64,000 bases of DNA from an uncultured archaeon (GTDB taxonomy: Archaea > Aenigmatarchaeota > Aenigmatarchaeia > PWEA01 > JAGHBM01), in assembly GCA_964584335.1 (NCBI GenBank), contig CAZOZN010000001.1, forward strand, positions 319,830 to 383,829, given 5' to 3'. Positions 57,194 to 64,000 of this stretch are shown in pieces. Position 1 is the first letter of the stretch; the number at the start of each line of letters is the position of its first letter. The notes beneath the pieces are model-generated. The model was not told the DNA's origin, ran no database searches, and saw nothing but the letters and a program-made list of their open reading frames with translations. A program made the position numbers and the translations under genes.

Positions 57194-57961
57194 ATGTTCA
57201 GTATAAAGCTGCTTTTTTACAGCATAATATTTCTAGTTTTGGGTTTGTGGCTATTCTTTTACGGTCTAAAATCAATAAAGAAAAAAAGGCTAATAGAGAA
57301 TATACCAACATCAAAAATAAGGTCACTTGCAATGGGACTTGTTGAAGTTTTTGGCTCAGTAATGCCTGCAGAAAAAAAAATACTAAAAAGCCCATTTACA
57401 AACAAAGACTGCGTCTACTACAAGTATACTGTAGAAGAATACAAAAGTTCAGGCAAGCATAGCAGTTGGGTTATGAGAAAAAAAGATGATGAAAGAGTTC
57501 CTTTCTACATAAAAGATGATACGGGTATGGTGCTTGTTGACCCGAAAGGTGCAAAAATGGATATTCCAATTGACAACGAATTTTATTCACGCTGGGGAAC
57601 CGATCCGCCTGAACAAGTAAAAAAATTCTTAAAATCACAGAACCTAAAATACGAAGGAATGCTGCTTGGAATAAACAGAAAAATGAGATACAGGGAATAT
57701 TTTGTAGAACCAAAAGACGACCTATACATAATAGGTACTGCAAAAGACAATCCGTTCACCGAAGAAGGTACTGCAAAAAAAGGAATGGAAGACGTAATGA
57801 TAGGCAAGGGAAAGAACGAAAGAATATTTTTTATTTCAGACAAGCAAGAAAAAACTTTACTGACCGCCCTCAAGCTAAAGTCTGCAGGAGGATTGATAGG
57901 AGGAGGTCTTTTGTTTATAGGTTCTCTTACTTTAATATTATTTAACTTAAACTTAATGTAA
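57194..57961 (+). CDS. GIDE/BAM-domain membrane protein
   Basis: TM at both ends; PTSKIRSLAMGLVEV.G, L.SP, CVYY, F...DDTG. Confidence 0.78.
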   Translation: MFSIKLLFYSIIFLVLGLWLFFYGLKSIKKKRLIENIPTSKIRSLAMGLVEVFGSVMPAEKKILKSPFTNKDCVYYKYTVEEYKSSGKHSSWVMRKKDDERVPFYIKDDTGMVLVDPKGAKMDIPIDNEFYSRWGTDPPEQVKKFLKSQNLKYEGMLLGINRKMRYREYFVEPKDDLYIIGTAKDNPFTEEGTAKKGMEDVMIGKGKNERIFFISDKQEKTLLTALKLKSAGGLIGGGLLFIGSLTLILFNLNLM

Positions 57962-57978
57962 ACAAGGAGGTGAAAAAA

Positions 57979-58548
57979 ATGGCCATGGGTATGGTAATAA
58001 TATTGGGCGCAATATTTGGTATTTTTTTACTTGGTGTAATAATATATATTGTCTCAATATACAATGGTTTAGTCAGGCTAAAGAACAACATAAATAAATC
58101 TTGGTCTAACATAAACGTATTGCTCAAACAAAGGTCAGACGAATTACCCAAACTCATCAACACAGTAAAGGGTTACATGAAGCATGAAAGATCTCTTCTT
58201 AAAAAAGTCACGGAAGCGAGAACAAATTTCCTAAATGCAAAAACAGTGCCTCAAAAAGCAAAAGCAGACAACATGATATCAGGTGCTCTAAAAAGCCTTT
58301 TCGCTGTCGCGGAAAATTATCCTAATCTTAAAGCCAATGAAAATTTCATGCACCTGCAAAGCAGAATAAGTGGGCTAGAAAACGAAATTGCTGACAGGAG
58401 AGAATTTTACAACGATTCCGTAAATACTTACAACATAAGAATACAATCTTTTCCTGACATGTTTATTGCAAACATGATGAAGTTAAAGAAAAGGGATATG
58501 TTCAAAGTTGAAGAAGCAGATAAAAAAGATGTAAAAGTTGAATTTTAA
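57979..58548 (+). CDS. lemA: LemA family protein
   Basis: YNGLV, QRSDELP.L, AVAENYPNLKAN.NF, YN..V..YN..I..FP. Confidence 0.93.
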   Translation: MAMGMVIILGAIFGIFLLGVIIYIVSIYNGLVRLKNNINKSWSNINVLLKQRSDELPKLINTVKGYMKHERSLLKKVTEARTNFLNAKTVPQKAKADNMISGALKSLFAVAENYPNLKANENFMHLQSRISGLENEIADRREFYNDSVNTYNIRIQSFPDMFIANMMKLKKRDMFKVEEADKKDVKVEF

Positions 58549-58552
58549 AAAT

Positions 58553-58568
58553 GGGAGTTCTTTCTCCC
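58553..58568 (+). terminator. Weak hairpin after lemA
   Basis: GGGAG-TTCTTT-CTCCC just past the stop codon. Confidence 0.35.
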
Positions 58569-58640
58569 TATATTAATTTTTTCTGAAAATTCGTAATATT
58601 ATTATTAACATATTTATAGCTCAAAAATTAAGTTGGAATT

Positions 58641-59036
58641 ATGTGGGGTCTTGAAAGGTTTTCTATTAAAAAGAAAAATTCTGGTGAAATAAAGGAAGAA
58701 GAAACATGCAAGTATCCCATAGAAGAACTGGGAAAATACGTAGGTGAAGAGATTATAGTAAAAAGTATCAGCCTAGGGAAGTCAAAACCACCCGAGAAAG
58801 ACGTATTAAAAAATGAGCCAAACAAGGATTTCTTTTATTTGGGAAATGAAGAGCAATACCACATAGTACACTGGTATATGGAAGACATATCAGGCAACTT
58901 AAGCGCAGTAAGGTCTATAGAAGACATAAATGGCAATCTGATTTATGAAAATCCTGAAATACCTTACGATGAAAACAACATAAAAAAATCAAAAGGTACG
59001 GGTATGAAAGTAGATGAAATCAAGAACGGTGAATAA
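58641..59036 (+). CDS. Hypothetical protein
   Basis: 131-aa ORF. Confidence 0.55.
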   Translation: MWGLERFSIKKKNSGEIKEEETCKYPIEELGKYVGEEIIVKSISLGKSKPPEKDVLKNEPNKDFFYLGNEEQYHIVHWYMEDISGNLSAVRSIEDINGNLIYENPEIPYDENNIKKSKGTGMKVDEIKNGE

Positions 59037-59075
59037 TGAAATATTCTTTTTATATTAAATTCTCAAATAATAATC

Positions 59076-60362
59076 ATGCCTCTTAATGAAATTATCGTGG
59101 GAAGGAACGCCAAAGATGTGGCAAAATATGGTAACAAAGGAACAATATTTCTTGGAAGACATCTCGTTGGTGAAGGAGATAACGCAAACATGACAAATCC
59201 CATAATGATGGATGTGGCAAGACCGCATGTAATGCTTATTTGCGGAAAAAGGGGTTCGGGTAAGTCTTATTCCGGATGTATAATGGTTGAAGAAATACTC
59301 AAACTGCCGGAAGAAGTAAGGAAGAACTTATCAATACTTATGATAGATACTCAGGGTATATTTTGGTCAATGAAGAGCCCAAATGAGAGAGATGTGCTCC
59401 TTCTTAACAAATGGGACATAAAACCGATGGGATTTCCTGTAAAGGTTTTTGTACCCGAAGGCGTAAAAGAAAGATTCAAGAAAGAGGGAATACCTTTCGA
59501 TAAAGTATTTACAATAAAGCCATCGGCATTTGGACCAGAGGACTGGTGCCTTTCATTTTCATTGTCTCTTATAGAGCCCCTAGGAATTCTTCTAGACAGA
59601 TGTATAAGAAAAATAAGGGAACAAACAATGGATTATACACTGGACGATATAATAGATACAATAAAAGACGATGCTCTTTCAGAAGAGAAAGAAAAATTAG
59701 CACTAATAAACAGGTTCATGTCTGCGAAGGAGTGGGGAGTTTTCTCAAGGAAGGGTATGAATATAGACGAGTTAATAGAGCCGGGAGTCGCATCAATAAT
59801 AGACGTGTCTTTCTTTAGCCAGATAAGTGGTTCATGGAGCATAAGAAACCTTCTGGTAGGATTGATATGCAGAAGGGTCCAGGAAGCAAGAACTATGGCA
59901 AGAAGAGAAGAAGAAATGGGCATTATGCAGGGGTTTAAAAAAATAAAGATGCCTATTACATGGATAATAATAGACGAGGCGCATAATTTTTTGCCTGCCG
60001 AAGGAAAGACAGCTTCTTCAGAACCGCTAATGACTATAATAAAAGAAGGAAGGCAGCCGGGAATATCATGCGCACTTATAACACAGAGACCAAACAAGCT
60101 TCATCCCGATGCAATATCGCAAGCGGACCTTGTTTTGTCACACAGGCTGACTGCCGAACCGGATTTGAAAGCTTTAAGAAGCATAATGCAGACTTACCTG
60201 CTGTACGATGTAACCAAATATATAGCAAATCTTCCAAGAAGGCCGGGTTCGGCTATAATAATGGATGATAACAGCGAGAGAATTTATCCGGTAGCTGTAA
60301 GGCCCAGACAAAGCTGGCATGCTGGTGGAACTCCGATAGCAATAACCGAGGAAGAAAGTTAA
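59076..60362 (+). CDS. HerA/FtsK-like ATPase (DUF87)
   Basis: GKRGSGKS, IIIDEAHNF, EGRQPG, TQRP. Confidence 0.88.
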   Translation: MPLNEIIVGRNAKDVAKYGNKGTIFLGRHLVGEGDNANMTNPIMMDVARPHVMLICGKRGSGKSYSGCIMVEEILKLPEEVRKNLSILMIDTQGIFWSMKSPNERDVLLLNKWDIKPMGFPVKVFVPEGVKERFKKEGIPFDKVFTIKPSAFGPEDWCLSFSLSLIEPLGILLDRCIRKIREQTMDYTLDDIIDTIKDDALSEEKEKLALINRFMSAKEWGVFSRKGMNIDELIEPGVASIIDVSFFSQISGSWSIRNLLVGLICRRVQEARTMARREEEMGIMQGFKKIKMPITWIIIDEAHNFLPAEGKTASSEPLMTIIKEGRQPGISCALITQRPNKLHPDAISQADLVLSHRLTAEPDLKALRSIMQTYLLYDVTKYIANLPRRPGSAIIMDDNSERIYPVAVRPRQSWHAGGTPIAITEEES

Positions 60363-60433
60363 ATTTTAATTTATTGTCTCTTTAAACGCAGAAAATTTAA
60401 AACTTTAATACACTTTTACTCTAATTATTAGTT

Positions 60434-61990
60434 ATGTCTTTTGTGGATTATCCTCTTATTAAGAAAAATCTAATGGAGAAAAGGCTTTACCAGGAAACTA
60501 TTCTGGACACCTGCGTAAAAGGAAACACAATGGTAGTGATACCTACGGGAATGGGTAAAACAGCTTGTGCAATACTTCTGGCAGCACAAAGAATGAACAA
60601 AGTAGGAGGTAAAATTATGGTTTTGGCTCCCACAAGACCTCTAGTGGAGCAACATAAAAAAACTTTCTCAAAGTTCATGGAAATAGAAAAAGAAGATATG
60701 AAAATATTTACAGGTAAAATAACCCCATCAAAAAGAGAAAAAGAATATAAAAGTGCTTTGATTGTATTTGCAACACCACAGGTAATACAAAATGACTTGA
60801 TATCCGGAAAGGTAGATTTTTCAAATTACACCCTGCTGGTACTGGATGAATGTCACAGAGGAGTAAAAGACTATCCTTATCCTTTTATAGCGAGATTTTA
60901 TATGAGGCAGTCACAAAATCCCAAAATACTTGGACTTACTGCATCTCCGGGAGGAACTAAGGAAAAGATAGACCGGGTATGCAAAAGCCTTTATTTCGAT
61001 AGTGTTGAAATAAGAACAGAAAAAGACGAAGATGTGGGTCCTTACGTACAGAAAATAAATATGGATTGGAAAATGGTTGAACTTCCGGAGGAATTTAAGA
61101 AAGTACACGAGCTAATAACAAAAGCTTTGAAAGAAAGATACAAAAAATTGAAGGAAATGGAATTCACAGATACAATAGACTTAAGAAAAAGAGACCTATT
61201 AAACATTCAGGGAAGAATGAGAAGCATACTTTCAAAATGTTCCCAGCCCAATCCGGTAATATTCCAGGGTTTGTCGGTAACGGCTGAAGCTATGAAAATA
61301 GAGCACTGCCTAAATCTTTTAGAAACTCAGGGAAGCAAGTCTCTCCTCGAATACTTTAAGAGAATGAAGAAAGCTTCCGATAAGGGTAAAACAAAGGCAG
61401 TCAAAAGAGTAATGAAAGACCCAAAAATAGAGACCGCATTTCTAAATACTTACGATATGGTCGGCAGAAACTTAGAGCATCCCAAACTTGACGAGCTCTA
61501 TAAGGTTGTAAAAAAACAACTCAATGAAAAAAAGGATTCAAAAATAATAGTATTTTCACACTACAGGGATACTGTAAACAAAATAGTTGAAATAATAAAA
61601 GAAATCAAAAATTGCAGGCCAATAGGTTTCTTTGGCCAGGCGGGAGAAAATGGTTTAAGCCAGAAAAGGCAGGTGAGAATACTAGAAAAATTTAGAGAAC
61701 TTGAATATAATTGCATAGTTGCGACATCTGTGGGAGAGGAAGGTCTGGACATACCCTCAGTCGACCTGGTTGTGTTCTACGAACCAGTCTCATCAGAGAT
61801 AAGAGCCATACAAAGAAGAGGAAGAACGGGTAGGCAGAAATCCGGAAAAGTCCTTGTACTGATAGCAAAAGATACGAGGGATGAGGCTTTTTTCTGGGTA
61901 GCTAAACACAGAGAAAAGAAAATGAAAATGATACTTCAAAACATGAAAAGAGGTTACGGAAACCAAAGAAAAATAGGTGACTATAAATGA
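60434..61990 (+). CDS. Hef/FANCM-type SF2 helicase (helicase half only)
   Basis: PTGMGKT, DECHR, LTASPG, HPKL, ATSVGEEGLDIP, QRRGRTGR. Confidence 0.93.
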   Translation: MSFVDYPLIKKNLMEKRLYQETILDTCVKGNTMVVIPTGMGKTACAILLAAQRMNKVGGKIMVLAPTRPLVEQHKKTFSKFMEIEKEDMKIFTGKITPSKREKEYKSALIVFATPQVIQNDLISGKVDFSNYTLLVLDECHRGVKDYPYPFIARFYMRQSQNPKILGLTASPGGTKEKIDRVCKSLYFDSVEIRTEKDEDVGPYVQKINMDWKMVELPEEFKKVHELITKALKERYKKLKEMEFTDTIDLRKRDLLNIQGRMRSILSKCSQPNPVIFQGLSVTAEAMKIEHCLNLLETQGSKSLLEYFKRMKKASDKGKTKAVKRVMKDPKIETAFLNTYDMVGRNLEHPKLDELYKVVKKQLNEKKDSKIIVFSHYRDTVNKIVEIIKEIKNCRPIGFFGQAGENGLSQKRQVRILEKFRELEYNCIVATSVGEEGLDIPSVDLVVFYEPVSSEIRAIQRRGRTGRQKSGKVLVLIAKDTRDEAFFWVAKHREKKMKMILQNMKRGYGNQRKIGDYK

Positions 61991-62604
61991 AAAAATACTC
62001 TCTATGGATGGTGGCAATATGCGTATTCGTTTTCATACTTCAGATTATGTTCCCGTTTATAGAGGAAAATTTTGTGCTTTACAGTTCAAGAGTTATGGAA
62101 GAGCCATGGATGCTTATAACATCTATGTTTCTTCACGGGGGATTCTCACATTTATTCTTTAATATGTTCGCTTTAGGGCTTTTTGGATTTATACTTGAAG
62201 GCATAATAGGCTCAAAAAAATTCATAACAATATACATAGTATCGGGCACAATAGCAGGTATAGGAGCAGCAATTTTTTACCCGGCTGCCCTGGGAGCATC
62301 CGGAGCCATATACGGAATATTGGGAACTCTTGCGGTATTGAGACCAAGAATGAGGGTCTGGGTATGGATGGTTCCTATGCCAATGTATATTGCAGCAATA
62401 TTCTGGGCCCTGATGGACCTTGCGGGCATGTTTGCACCATCAGGAACAGCAAACGCTGCACACTTGTTCGGTTTGGGTGCGGGAGTAATTGCAGGATTTT
62501 ACCTAAAAGGAAGGTTCAGGTTGACGAGACGCTCAAGAGATCCTCTAACTGAAAGAGACAGGAGAAAAATAGAGGAATACTTTGAAAATCTTAGAGGTTA
62601 TTAA
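61987..62604 (+). CDS. Rhomboid intramembrane serine protease
   Basis: TSMFLH, HL.FNM, GASG catalytic Ser, AHL.G catalytic His. Confidence 0.92.
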   Translation: MKKYSLWMVAICVFVFILQIMFPFIEENFVLYSSRVMEEPWMLITSMFLHGGFSHLFFNMFALGLFGFILEGIIGSKKFITIYIVSGTIAGIGAAIFYPAALGASGAIYGILGTLAVLRPRMRVWVWMVPMPMYIAAIFWALMDLAGMFAPSGTANAAHLFGLGAGVIAGFYLKGRFRLTRRSRDPLTERDRRKIEEYFENLRGY

Positions 62605-63273
62605 ATGAAAAATCAAAAAACACTAAAAACAGAAAAAATAACGATAATGGCGGATAACAGAGAGTTCTCATCAAAGGTAGTAAAGGAACTCGCGCTTATG
62701 AATTGCGTGGTTAAACCCAAGCAGCTTGAAGTAGGCGACTACATACTAAGCGAGAGGGTGTGTGCGGAGAGAAAAAGTGCAATGGATTTCGTATGTTCCG
62801 TATTGGACCAGAGAATATTTACGCAGTTAAAAGACCTTAAAGAAAGCTTTGAAAAACCAATATTAATTATAGAGGGGAATGACCTGTATACGCAGAGAAA
62901 TGTACATCCAAATGCTATGAGGGGAGCTCTTGCCTCAGTCGCAATAGATTATGAAATCCCAATATTATGGACACAAAATCAGGAAGAAACCGCATCAATA
63001 TTGTTTTGGATAGCAAAAAGGGAACAAGTGGTAGAAGAAAGAAGTCTGGCAATAAGAGGTCAGAGAAGCCTTCTATCGGAAAAAGAAAAACAAGAATTCC
63101 TTGTGGCGGGCCTCCCGGGAGTGAACACCAAAAGAGCAAAAAAACTGCTCGACAAATTCAAAACGCCTGAAAAAATATTCAAGGCCAGCGAAGAAAAACT
63201 TAAAAAGGTTGATGGAATAGGAGATATAATGGCCAAAAACATCAGGAAGGTTCTTACAGACAAATACGATTAA
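62605..63273 (+). CDS. ERCC4/XPF nuclease with (HhH)2 (nuclease half of Hef)
   Basis: DNRE, L.VGDY, ERKS..DF, IEG, LPGV, VDGIG. Confidence 0.92.
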   Translation: MKNQKTLKTEKITIMADNREFSSKVVKELALMNCVVKPKQLEVGDYILSERVCAERKSAMDFVCSVLDQRIFTQLKDLKESFEKPILIIEGNDLYTQRNVHPNAMRGALASVAIDYEIPILWTQNQEETASILFWIAKREQVVEERSLAIRGQRSLLSEKEKQEFLVAGLPGVNTKRAKKLLDKFKTPEKIFKASEEKLKKVDGIGDIMAKNIRKVLTDKYD

Positions 63274-63324
63274 ATATAATATCAATCTTTTATTTTTTTC
63301 TTACTTTAATATCATAGTGAGAAA

Positions 63325-64000
63325 ATGAAAACAAAAAAAATGATAGTAGGAATAGATCCGGGTACAACATCGGCAGTAGCAGCACTAACGCTTAAAGGCA
63401 AATTCATTGATGTTTTCAGCCAAAAAAATTTTGGAAAAAATAAGATAATAAAACATATATCATCGCTTGGTTCTCCTACTATTATAGCAACTGACAAAGC
63501 AGTCCCGCCGTCAATGGTAATGAAAGTATCATCAAATTTCAACTCCATGTTGTTTACCCCTGAAGAAGACCTAAAAGCAAGAGAAAAAATAGATATTACA
63601 AAAAATATAAAAACAAAAAACTCTCATGAGAGAGATGCTCTGGCTTCAGCATTACATGCATACCAAAAAAACGAGCAATTAATAAAAAAAATTGAAAGGA
63701 CTGTGGAGGGACTAAACCTTTGGAAACATGTCGAAGATGTAAAAGACATGGTACTAAGAGGAAGATGTAATAGTGTATCAGAAGCGATAGACATAATTCT
63801 TTCGTCAAAAAAAACAAAGGGAAAAAAGAAGAAGAAAGATAGTAGCGTAATAACAAAGAACGATGCAGATAGAATTCTTGGAAAGTTAAGAATCGGACTT
63901 AAGCAAAAAGAAAAATCCATATCAATACTCAAAAAATATTCAAAAAATCTAGAAAAAAGAATAGAAGAACTTGAGAAGGAAAACAAAAAAATAAAAAAAC
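63325..64000 (+). CDS. DUF460-like RNase H-fold/coiled-coil protein (cut by window edge)
   Basis: Manual translation MKTKKMIVGIDPGTT, IATDK, P..DL, HERDALASA. Confidence 0.82.
   Translation, partial: MKTKKMIVGIDPGTTSAVAALTLKGKFIDVFSQKNFGKNKIIKHISSLGSPTIIATDKAVPPSMVMKVSSNFNSMLFTPEEDLKAREKIDITKNIKTKNSHERDALASALHAYQKNEQLIKKIERTVEGLNLWKHVEDVKDMVLRGRCNSVSEAIDIILSSKKTKGKKKKKDSSVITKNDADRILGKLRIGLKQKEKSISILKKYSKNLEKRIEELEKENKKIKK

Noticed and set aside
59076-60362. HerA-based defence system or herA-nurA-mre11-rad50 operon
   Set aside because: No NurA, SIR2 or Mre11/Rad50 partner is adjacent.
1-64000. CRISPR array, tRNA/rRNA genes, inteins, IS elements
   Set aside because: No spaced repeats, no other GC-rich RNA islands, normal lengths for aIF5B, GlmS and helicase, and no transposase motifs seen by eye; a tool scan could still find weak cases.

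Overview
AT-rich, gene-dense archaeal chromosomal segment. The compact layout, many orphan genes and degenerate paralogues suggest a DPANN-like lineage (inference; no phylogeny run). The backbone is the conserved archaeal informational gene string (rps28e, rpl24e, aIF5B, rps6e, aIF2-gamma, PIN, ppa, rpoE1, spt4, rps24e; aIF6, pfdA; pus10, rpl21e, rpoF, DUF655; srp54), broken up by orphan and metabolic insertions. The window also holds glmS with a split glmU, trkAH, tandem GGGP-synthase paralogues, uppS, a two-component cluster, a membrane-protease cluster, a split Hef and an SRP RNA gene missing from the ORF track. No tRNA, rRNA, CRISPR array or transposase was seen. Main observations: (1) rps6e and rps24e share an almost identical ~225-bp cassette encoding a ~75-aa Lys/Glu tail; (2) a GH63-type hydrolase has its canonical N-terminal motif moved near the C-terminus; (3) the SRP RNA appears to lack helix 6 and has a UGAC helix-8 loop; (4) two GGGPS paralogues have lost complementary motifs; (5) Hef is split by a rhomboid gene; (6) adk occupies the usual ndk position. 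All family calls come from motif recognition by eye, not from database searches.
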